From assembly GCF_000017305.1 (NCBI RefSeq), contig NC_009664.2, positions 480,001-512,000 on the forward strand: a stretch of 32,000 bases of DNA. Reading direction: 5' to 3'. This DNA comes from Kineococcus radiotolerans SRS30216 = ATCC BAA-149 (GTDB lineage: Bacteria > Actinomycetota > Actinomycetes > Actinomycetales > Kineococcaceae). Below, one piece after another: positions 26,137-32,000 of the stretch (positions are counted from its first letter, which is position 1; each line of letters starts with the position of its first letter). Below the pieces are notes generated by a model, which searched no databases, was not told the origin of the DNA, and worked only from the letters and a program-made list of their open reading frames with translations. The translations under genes were made by a program, and so were the position numbers.

Positions 26137-26440
26137 GGTGCTCCCGGTCGTTACGCGTAGTCACCGTCCGTGACTCGCCCGGGCAACCTATCCGGATGAC
26201 CGCAGAACCGGAAGAGCTGAGGCAACTTCAGTCGCCACCCCGCGACCGCAGCACATCCGCCCAACAGGGGTCAGCCTCACCCCGGAGGTAGGGCGTCGCC
26301 CGGCCGCCCCTTCGCCACCAGGTGGCCCATGGCGTCCAAGCATTTAAGCACCGCCTCGAAGACCGATGGGGAAACTTATCTGCTCCAGAACAGGCTGGCT
26401 TACCACTCTGTCAAAGATGTAGCGCGCCAACGACGGAGTT

Positions 26441-27061
26441 CTATGACTCTGGCCCCTTGGTCATCCGTAGCCCAGGGCCTGGCTGACCTTGGAAATTTTC
26501 CGGCCGCGCCTTACCCGCTACATCGTCCGGCAGGTTTCTACCTGGCCGAAGGTATTCACCAGCGTGGGGCAACTCCGCAACAAGGTCCGGCATCAACTGC
26601 TGCAGTTCAGATAAACGCTCGGCCAACTCATTTGCCACGTGCTCCACGTCTTCAACAGTCATCCACCAAGTGGTCGGCCGACTTTGGCGACCCTTGAACC
26701 TGCGCATGCTCTGGCACATGTACTGGTCACGATTATTGGGCGCCCCACCCCACCAACCGTGAAGCACGCGATTCCGCTGGTCCATGGTGTTCTTTGCTAC
26801 TTGGAGCCAAGAACGTAGACGCTGCCCCGTGTCTGGGGCAAGTGTCCGAGCAACCTTATGGAGACTCTGCACGATGGCGCCGAATTCGTCAGGTGTTGTC
26901 GGCATCCGTCGAACGGCAAGCTGGTCAGCCGCCACCGTTGACCACATGACTACAGCAGTCGTGTTTTCCAGTCGGGAGGCCTGCACTGCGACCATGCCGA
27001 TGGCATGCACCAGATCTGGCGGCATGACAGGAAAAGGGTCGTACAGTTCCGTCTCACTCAT
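26441..27061 (-). CDS. HEPN-motif protein (candidate Abi/toxin RNase)
   Basis: 206 aa and helical. It contains DQRNRVLHGWW = R-N-x-x-x-H (26759-26776, minus strand). It lies in a visibly lower-G+C patch. Hand counts gave 60% and 53% G+C for two 60-nt lines at 26701-26820, against about 77% for a tape-measure line. Confidence 0.5.
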   Translation of the reverse strand: MSETELYDPFPVMPPDLVHAIGMVAVQASRLENTTAVVMWSTVAADQLAVRRMPTTPDEFGAIVQSLHKVARTLAPDTGQRLRSWLQVAKNTMDQRNRVLHGWWGGAPNNRDQYMCQSMRRFKGRQSRPTTWWMTVEDVEHVANELAERLSELQQLMPDLVAELPHAGEYLRPGRNLPDDVAGKARPENFQGQPGPGLRMTKGPES

Positions 27062-27241
27062 AGCAACAATTGTCCTATCGCTTCACGGGCTTGACGTGTT
27101 CACTGCATTGGAATCTCTAGCAGCTGTCGACCTGAGTTCGTACTCGATAGAGAGACCAGCACGATATGCAGGGCCACGCAGGCCTCACCGTCAAGGGGTT
27201 CCCGCCGACTGAAGATGGAGCGGGTCATGCCCGCCAGTAGA

Positions 27242-27520
27242 TTAGAGACGCCAACCGGGTCTCTCAGGCCGGCGAAGCCGCTCGAACGCATCGGCGGTGT
27301 CGCGCTCCGCTTCGGCCACCGTCTGCGCGATCGCCGCGTCGATCTCCTCCTCCGCAACCCGCTTGGCCAGGACGGCCTCATCGAGAGCGGCCAGGACGCA
27401 GGGTCGACATAAGGCCATTCCCAGGCCCACCGTGACTGCGGGGACGTCCTCGCTCTCACGCAGGTGGCGGTAGCAGAGCAGATCCATGTCGCGCTTCCGG
27501 TCGGGCTGCGATAGCGCCAC
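27242..27520 (-). CDS. Small Cys/His-containing protein (CxxH...CxxC), unknown function
   Basis: The reading frame has high third-position G+C. It encodes DLLCYRHLRES...LCRPCVLAAL followed by an acidic helix. The start is uncertain: GTG at 27520 or ATG at 27487. Confidence 0.5.
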   Translation of the reverse strand: MALSQPDRKRDMDLLCYRHLRESEDVPAVTVGLGMALCRPCVLAALDEAVLAKRVAEEEIDAAIAQTVAEAERDTADAFERLRRPERPGWRL

Positions 27521-27526
27521 AGCGGG

Positions 27527-27754
27527 TCAGGCTTGACGGTCCACGAGCAGCTGCAGCAGACGGTTGGTCTCCTGCTGCTCGGCGATCAGCTTTTCGGTCA
27601 GCTTGATCTGCTCATAAGCGCGCATGACGTCCCGCATGTGGCTGGGTGCGTCCTGCACTGACCACTGCCGGTTGACAAAGGCGGGGTCGAGGAGCTTCTG
27701 CGCCTTCTCCACGCGCGTCTTGCCATCGCCGTCGTCGTCCTTCTTGCCGAACAT
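27527..27754 (-). CDS. Small hypothetical protein (75 aa)
   Basis: A perfect SD (AAGGAGG) lies 7 nt upstream of the ATG at 27754. The N-terminus is charged (KKDDDGDGK) and the C-terminus is a helix. Confidence 0.6.
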   Translation of the reverse strand: MFGKKDDDGDGKTRVEKAQKLLDPAFVNRQWSVQDAPSHMRDVMRAYEQIKLTEKLIAEQQETNRLLQLLVDRQA

Positions 27755-27771
27755 GCTGAGACCTCCTTGGG

Positions 27772-28617
27772 TCAGGCGACGCTGATGATCGCACCGTCGC
27801 TGAACAGACCGCCGCCGATCTCCAGGCGGTCGGGGCGGGTGCCGGCCGGCATGTCGAAGTACAACTTCGCCGTGACGGTGTTCCCCGGGTTGATCTCCGT
27901 CAGGAAGGCGTTGCCGTCGTCGGCGTACATGCTGGCTTCGCCATCGGCCGCGTACTCGATGTCGCCGATGTAGGCCTTGGCTTGAGAGCTGTTGAATGTG
28001 GTCGCCCTGGTGCCCTGGTTGTTGATGTCGACAGTGGCCTCGCAGTACTCGCCCTGCGCGGTGCGGTTGAGGTATTCACTGCCCACTTGGGCGATGCCGC
28101 AGTCGAAGGCGGTGACGGTGTAGGCGACGTCGGCGGCAATGACCGCCTGGCCGATACCCGGAGCGACTGGCAGGGGCTCCGCCGTGGCCGTCGGAGCAGG
28201 AGCTTCGGAGGTCGTTGTCTCGGCGGGAGCGGGGGCCGGAGCCGCCTGGGTCTCAGTGGGGACGGGGGCCGGGGCGGCGGCAGCTGGCTCCTCGGGGGCG
28301 GGCTCCGAAGCCGGGACACTGGCGACTGGCTGCGCCGTAGTCGTGGTGGCGTTGTCGGCGTTGGAAAGGCCGGTGATGATGCCGATCAGCACGAGCGCTT
28401 GGAGAGCTGTGGAGATTGCCGAGACGATGATGCCGGCGGTGATGCGTGCGGGGCTGATCTCGCCGCGCTTGGCCTTCCCCCGGGCGACGAGACCCAAGGC
28501 AAGGCCGATCGGGGCGCAGATCCCGACGATGAAGCCGATCGCACCGAGGACGACGCTGGCGGTGGCGATCCCCGCGGCCTGCGGCCGTGCAGGGGCCTGC
28601 GGTTGGTACGTAGACAT
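27772..28617 (-). CDS. Membrane protein: DUF4190-like 2-TM N-terminus, Pro/Ala/Thr linker, DUF4352-like extracellular beta-sandwich
   Basis: The SD AGGAG lies 6 nt upstream. The N-terminal part reads GIATASVVLGAIGFIVGICAPIGLALGLVARGKAKRGE..AGIIVSAIS. The C-terminal part reads ..YTVTAFDCG...GEYCEATVDINNQGTRATTF...INPGNTVTAKLYFDMPAG.., recalled as the DUF4352 pattern. Confidence 0.65.
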   Translation of the reverse strand: MSTYQPQAPARPQAAGIATASVVLGAIGFIVGICAPIGLALGLVARGKAKRGEISPARITAGIIVSAISTALQALVLIGIITGLSNADNATTTTAQPVASVPASEPAPEEPAAAAPAPVPTETQAAPAPAPAETTTSEAPAPTATAEPLPVAPGIGQAVIAADVAYTVTAFDCGIAQVGSEYLNRTAQGEYCEATVDINNQGTRATTFNSSQAKAYIGDIEYAADGEASMYADDGNAFLTEINPGNTVTAKLYFDMPAGTRPDRLEIGGGLFSDGAIISVA

Positions 28618-28766
28618 GTGCGTCTCCTGTGACGTGATGGGCTGTCACCCAGCGTTTCATAGGGCATCGGCACTTGGTGGCGGAATGGGACAAGTCCTTG
28701 AGCCCTTGATCGGCCGGGGCAGGTCACCGGCTTCGGACCGGTAGCGCTCGGCAGCTGCAGGCCACC

Positions 28767-29975
28767 TCAGCTGCCCGCCGGCAGCTCCCTCATCCGGCCC
28801 CCGCCCAGCGCCCGACCGATCGCGTAGGCCGCGGTCCGGTGCATGTCCGACGACAGGTGGCCGTAGGTGTCGACCGTGGTGGTGATCTTCTCGTGGCCCA
28901 GGCGCGCCTGGATGACGGGCAGCACGACGCCCTGGGCGATGAGCCAGGACGCGTGGCTGTGCCGGATGTCGTGGGGTGTGGGGCTCTTTCCGATGCCTGA
29001 GCGCTTCACGGCGTCGTGCCAGTACTTCTCCCGCCAGTAGTTGGCCCGCCAGGCGTCGCCGCGGCTGGTCGTGACGACCCACTCCTTAGGGCCACGGCCG
29101 GCCGTGAGGTCGGCGAGGTAGTCAGCGACCGCGTCGGACAGGGCGATGGAGCGCTTGCCCTTGCGGGACTTCGGCGGGCCGAGCTCCTGGGTGTTGTTGT
29201 CGGTGTGCTTCCAAGCCCGCACGACGCGCACGACGGGGTCGCGGCCGGTGAGGTCGACGTCGCCGACCTGCAAGGCCGTGGCCTCCCCGATGCGCATGCC
29301 CGTGCCGGCCATCAGCAGCAGCAGCGGCCGGCCGATGGGGTGCATCGCCAGCTCGAGCGCCCGGTACTCATCGGGAGTCAGGAAGACCGGCTCGCGGGTC
29401 TTGGCGTCCTGGCGGGGCAGGCGGATCCCCTTGGCGACGTTCGTGGGCAGGTGCACGCCCACGGCGCGCGTGAGGCCGGAGGACAGGAAGGCGTGCCGGT
29501 TCTTGATCGTCTTGCCGGACAGGCCGCGGCGCTCCATCTCGTTGACCCAGCCGGTGACGTCGTCCCGACTGAGGACGGCGAGGGGGATGTTGCCGAGGGC
29601 GGGCCCGATGCTGATGGCGATCATCTGCAGGTAGTCCCGGCGGGTTCCTTCGGTGACGCCCGTGAGGTGCTCGACGTGGTGCGTCAGCCACGACGCGACC
29701 GTCACGCGCGACACCGGTTCTGCGGCCGGGGTCTTCGCGTCGACGAGTTCGACGGCGCGCTGCAGGCCGATGCTGCGGATCAGCTGCCGGAAGTGCTCGG
29801 CGTCGGCCCAGGTGTCGAAGACCTTCGGCACCTGCTTCGTGGGCGCCGGCTTCCCCAGCACGACCGGCTTGGACAGGTCGGGCAGGCGCACGCGGACGCG
29901 GTAGCTGATGGACCCGTCAGTGTTCTTGCGCTCTTCGATGCGCGGCGGCTCGCGCCGGCCGTCGACGGCGCTCAC
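28767..29975 (-). CDS. int: Tyrosine integrase
   Basis: 402 aa. The catalytic signature is GMRIGEATAL (R), HDIRHSHASW (HxxR) and LGHEKITTTVDTYGHL (H..Y). The GTG start has AAGGGAGG upstream and overlaps the upstream stop (GTGA). Confidence 0.9.
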   Translation of the reverse strand: MSAVDGRREPPRIEERKNTDGSISYRVRVRLPDLSKPVVLGKPAPTKQVPKVFDTWADAEHFRQLIRSIGLQRAVELVDAKTPAAEPVSRVTVASWLTHHVEHLTGVTEGTRRDYLQMIAISIGPALGNIPLAVLSRDDVTGWVNEMERRGLSGKTIKNRHAFLSSGLTRAVGVHLPTNVAKGIRLPRQDAKTREPVFLTPDEYRALELAMHPIGRPLLLLMAGTGMRIGEATALQVGDVDLTGRDPVVRVVRAWKHTDNNTQELGPPKSRKGKRSIALSDAVADYLADLTAGRGPKEWVVTTSRGDAWRANYWREKYWHDAVKRSGIGKSPTPHDIRHSHASWLIAQGVVLPVIQARLGHEKITTTVDTYGHLSSDMHRTAAYAIGRALGGGRMRELPAGS

Positions 29976-30202
29976 ACAGGCCTCCCTTGGGGAGAAATCA
30001 GTCGGGCGGGGATAAGAACGCAGTAGTGCTGATGCACGTCGAGGACGTCACGGAGGCAGATCGAGCAGGCCAGATCCTCGCTATCGAACATGCCCTGATG
30101 CTTCGAGCACAGCACTGGGGTGGCGGGGTGCTCGTGCCGGCACATCGACTCCATGGGCTGTCCGGGCTGGTCGCAGAACTGGCAGATCTCGCCGATGCTC
30201 AC
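29972..30202 (-). CDS. Cys/His-rich small protein (zinc-finger-like), immediately upstream of int
   Basis: 76 aa with CQFC..CRHEH..C..H..CSIC..H.H.C. GTGA overlaps at both ends. Confidence 0.5.
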   Translation of the reverse strand: MSIGEICQFCDQPGQPMESMCRHEHPATPVLCSKHQGMFDSEDLACSICLRDVLDVHQHYCVLIPARLISPQGRPV

Positions 30203-30456
30203 GCGCCGCCACCCATCCCCGGCCCGCGGGTGAGGTCTTCCGGGCGCGGTGCCTGGGCGCCCACCCGGTCGTTCAGCCAGAAGCGCCGGAAGGCGTCTTG
30301 GTCCTCGACGTGGAAGTCAGTGACGGTGAGCCCGACCAGGAAGTCGTGGTCGACCCAGGGACCGAGGTCCTCTGGCTCCGGTTCTGGCAGGGAGGTGACG
30401 ACGTGCGCCAGCTGGTCGCGACTGAGGCCTCGATCGAGAGGAGTGCGGTGAGTCAT
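30199..30456 (-). CDS. Hypothetical protein (85 aa)
   Basis: ATGA overlap with the upstream gene and GTGA overlap with the downstream gene. Acidic. Confidence 0.45.
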   Translation of the reverse strand: MTHRTPLDRGLSRDQLAHVVTSLPEPEPEDLGPWVDHDFLVGLTVTDFHVEDQDAFRRFWLNDRVGAQAPRPEDLTRGPGMGGGA

Positions 30457-30710
30457 TCCTGCCCACCCTCAAAGGGCCCGTGGCGCTCGACGTGCTGCTG
30501 CAGCGCCTCCTCCCACGTCAGGTGCAGGTTGCGCGGGACCAGCCCGGCACGGACCCGCTCGATGGCCCGGCGGGTGGACGAGCGCGCCAGCTCGGCAGCG
30601 CGCTCCGCCTCGTACTCGAGGATCTCCTCGTCGGTCGCGTCGTAGACGACGATGGCGTCGACGATCGAGGACCAGATGGCCAGCTTGCCGTTGGGCTGCA
30701 CGAGGATCAC
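30453..30710 (-). CDS. Hypothetical protein (85 aa)
   Basis: The GTG at 30710 overlaps the upstream stop (GTGA); the track start at 30767 would overlap the upstream gene by 60 nt. Confidence 0.45.
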   Translation of the reverse strand: MILVQPNGKLAIWSSIVDAIVVYDATDEEILEYEAERAAELARSSTRRAIERVRAGLVPRNLHLTWEEALQQHVERHGPFEGGQE

Positions 30711-31192
30711 GTCGCGCTCCAGGTGGGGTCGTAGTCGGGGTGGTCGGAGTAGGCGGCAGCAAGCCACTCGACGGCGTCCTCCATGGCGTTGTCGTAGGGG
30801 TACTCCGCGTCTTGGTGGCTAACGCAGGCGTTGAGGATGGCCCGCTTCGCTGCGACGTCCCGAAGTACCCGCGCGGGGGCGTGGCGGGCAATGTGCTCCC
30901 GGTCCGCGTCCTCCGCCGAGATGGACGGGTCCTCGTACCCGGACGCGCCGAGCACGGTCTCGCTGACGAGGTGCTCGTGTCCCGGCTCGCCGACCGTGCC
31001 GCGACTGGTGATCGAGCCGGTACCCCAGCGGCAGAAGTAGGAGCACCGGTACCAGGTGTCTTGAGTGGCCAGCAGGTTGCCGCTGCTCAGGTAGCCCTCG
31101 GGCTCCCACACCCAACGGCCCTGGGTCGCCGCTCGCGCCACCTGCTCGTCTTCGTCCAGCCGCGCCGCCAGGAAGGCGATGAGGTCGCTCAT
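30707..31192 (-). CDS. DUF6221-like protein
   Basis: The ATG at 31192 overlaps the upstream stop (ATGA). MSDLIAFLAARLDEDEQVARAAT...HIARHAPARVLRDVAAKRAIL...YSDHPDYDPTW matches the pattern I recall for the actinobacterial/actinophage DUF6221 family. Confidence 0.55.
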   Translation of the reverse strand: MSDLIAFLAARLDEDEQVARAATQGRWVWEPEGYLSSGNLLATQDTWYRCSYFCRWGTGSITSRGTVGEPGHEHLVSETVLGASGYEDPSISAEDADREHIARHAPARVLRDVAAKRAILNACVSHQDAEYPYDNAMEDAVEWLAAAYSDHPDYDPTWSAT

Positions 31193-31512
31193 AGAGCGAC
31201 CTCCCACTGGCCGGCGCGGCGGCGTCGGAGCAGCACGGGCCTGGCGTGGGGGTGACGGCAGCGGTCGCGGGCCGCCTCCTCGGAGGGGAACTGCTGATCA
31301 ATGCCGGGGACGTCGAGGAAGCGGACGCCCCAGTCCCAGGCCTCGACGCGCGGGACGACGTCATAGCCAGCGGAGGCCAGGGCAGCGAGGACCTTGTCGG
31401 CGAACAGGTGGTCGGCGTGGTCGACGAAGACGGGCTGGGTGACCCCCTCGTCGTCGGCGTGCACCTGGGCGATGACGTCGATCAGGCGCGAACGAGCGCT
31501 CCCGTCGTTCAC
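31189..31512 (-). CDS. Hypothetical protein (107 aa)
   Basis: The GTG at 31512 overlaps the upstream stop (GTGA); the track start at 31764 is inside the upstream gene. Confidence 0.45.
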   Translation of the reverse strand: MNDGSARSRLIDVIAQVHADDEGVTQPVFVDHADHLFADKVLAALASAGYDVVPRVEAWDWGVRFLDVPGIDQQFPSEEAARDRCRHPHARPVLLRRRRAGQWEVAL

Positions 31513-31832
31513 GGCTTGACCTCCGCCAGGCGGGCGAGGCGCGCGGCGCATTGGTCGAGGGTCCGGTAGACGGATGGGTCCGACTCGGCCCCGGCCTCGG
31601 TGGCGAACACCTCGGCCAGGGCGAGTACGGCCTGGCGCAGCACGGCGTGCCGGTGCAGAGCGGCAAAGACGCGGTCCCCGCGTTCGACGATGTCGGTGCT
31701 TTCGTCGTCCTCGGCGGCCTGCAGCGTGTCCCAGACCAGCGCGCGGATGTCGTCCGGCCACCACTGCCGGGCCGTCGCCGTGGCCGCCGAGACCGGGCCG
31801 GTGGTGGAAGGGTGCGGTCGATTCATGGACAC
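31509..31832 (-). CDS. Hypothetical protein, first gene of the int operon
   Basis: GGAGG (31844-31840) lies 7 nt upstream of the GTG at 31832. TTG at 31835 and ATG at 31826 are alternative starts. Confidence 0.5.
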   Translation of the reverse strand: MSMNRPHPSTTGPVSAATATARQWWPDDIRALVWDTLQAAEDDESTDIVERGDRVFAALHRHAVLRQAVLALAEVFATEAGAESDPSVYRTLDQCAARLARLAEVKP

Positions 31833-31834
31833 CA

Positions 31835-31868
31835 AGTTACCTCCAATTGCCTCTTTTGGGAGGTAACT
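31835..31868 (-). promoter_or_regulatory. 10-bp perfect inverted repeat covering the SD of the first int-operon gene (anti-SD hairpin or operator)
   Basis: On the minus strand the sequence is AGTTACCTCC-caaaagaggcaatt-GGAGGTAACT. The 3' arm is the SD of the gene starting at 31832, and the 5' arm contains CCTCC. Confidence 0.55.
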
Positions 31869-31913
31869 GGAAGTCCCGGGTGAGTCCTAGCCGTTCTAGG
31901 CCCGGCAACGAAG

Positions 31914-31949
31914 AAGCCCCCGACCTGCATTTCTGCTGGTCAGGGGCTT
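31914..31949 (-). terminator. Hairpin downstream of the tRNA gene (probable tRNA terminator)
   Basis: AAGCCCCCGACC (31914-31925) pairs with GGTCAGGGGCTT (31938-31949) with one mismatch, plus 3 further bp inside the loop. On the minus strand it is followed by CTTCTTCGTTGCC. Confidence 0.5.
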
Positions 31950-31970
31950 GTTCGTCGCTGTCTCAACGAG

Positions 31971-32000
31971 TGTCCGAGGGGGGACTTGAACCCCCACCCA
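31971..32000 (-). tRNA. tRNA gene, 3' portion only (T-arm, acceptor 3' strand, discriminator A); possibly tRNA-Leu
   Basis: The reverse complement of the window end reads TGGGT-GGGGG-TTCAAGT-CCCCC-CTCGGAC-A. That gives a canonical 5-bp T-stem, a 7-nt T-loop, a 7-nt acceptor strand and no encoded CCA. The anticodon lies outside the window, so identity is a guess from discriminator A and what looks like a long variable arm. Confidence 0.7.

Larger units (their letters stand above)
1..31970. mobile_element. Temperate siphovirus-type prophage, right-hand part (continues beyond the left window edge); right end inferred at the tRNA 3' end
   Basis: Contiguous terminase-portal-capsid-tail-lysis module, a tyrosine integrase, and a tRNA 3' end pointing into the element at 31971. 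The left boundary and the second att copy are not in the window. Confidence 0.85.

Noticed and set aside
26329-27212. Plus-strand ORFs 26329-26697 and 26784-27212, antisense to the HEPN-motif gene.
   Set aside because: They have no SD and poor protein-like composition. They overlap a minus-strand ORF that has a helical pattern and a catalytic-type motif.
27100-27459. A 119-aa minus-strand ORF overlapping the 92-aa gene. Its tail could also encode a 42-aa peptide (27100-27228, MTRSIFSRREPLDGEACVALHIVLVSLSS...) between the operon and the HEPN gene.
   Set aside because: The long version is an Arg/Ser/Pro-rich shadow frame of 27242-27520. The 42-aa version has only a weak SD-like GGCGGG and nothing else to support it. 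It would be worth revisiting only if ribosome profiling is available, as a possible small hydrophobic peptide.
27900-28744. ORFs on both strands across the Pro/Ala/Thr linker of the membrane protein: 27900-28319(-), 27982-28632(+), 28139-28744(+), 28253-28693(-).
   Set aside because: They are low-complexity shadow frames of the linker-encoding region of 27772-28617.
28618-28766. A possible att site or tRNA fragment in the spacer downstream of int. The GGGACAAGTCC segment was considered, together with the small inverted repeats GTGAC..GTCAC, ACCGG..CCGGT and GGCAGCTG..CAGCTGCC.
   Set aside because: No convincing match to the tRNA 3' segment at 31971-32000 and no tRNA-like arm structure. The repeats are short, and they may be an operator or a weak terminator. 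The evidence does not support calling a second element boundary.
1-32000. A search for CRISPR arrays, rRNA, transposases/IS ends, toxin-antitoxin pairs with recognisable antitoxins, and restriction-modification genes.
   Set aside because: None was recognised by eye. The only RNA gene is the partial tRNA at the right edge. This is reading by eye rather than a profile search, so divergent members of these classes could have been missed.

Overview
High-G+C, actinobacterial-type DNA. Almost the whole window is the right-hand ~32 kb of a temperate siphovirus-type prophage. Gene calls rest on synteny, motifs read by eye, Shine-Dalgarno (SD) sites and start/stop overlaps; no database search was possible. 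(1) A rightward late operon (2-25.2 kb) holds: a terminase large subunit cut by the window edge, portal, MuF-like head protein, scaffold, major capsid protein and four head-tail joining proteins; then the major tail protein, G/G-T tail chaperones with a -1 frameshift, and a 1995-aa tape measure carrying two muralytic domains and in-frame tandem repeats; then about nine tail-tip and fibre genes with an embedded Bcp-type peroxiredoxin, a lysis cassette (M15 endolysin, holin, other membrane proteins), and a terminal sigma-70/ECF-like factor with a zinc-ribbon tail. (2) A leftward accessory island (25.2-28.7 kb) holds a secreted PD40/TolB-like beta-propeller, a 206-aa protein with an RNxxxH HEPN signature in a visibly lower-G+C patch, and a three-gene operon led by a DUF4190/DUF4352-type membrane protein. 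(3) A leftward chain of seven genes (31.8 to 28.8 kb) is joined by six consecutive 4-nt start/stop overlaps and ends in a tyrosine integrase. (4) The 3' end of a tRNA gene, the likely att junction, lies at the right edge. No rRNA, CRISPR array or transposase was seen. The best candidates for new biology are the HEPN-motif gene and its small neighbours in the lysis-integrase interval, the peroxiredoxin inside the tail operon, the sigma factor whose ORF runs through a terminator with no stop codon, and the SD-sequestering hairpin at the head of the integrase operon.
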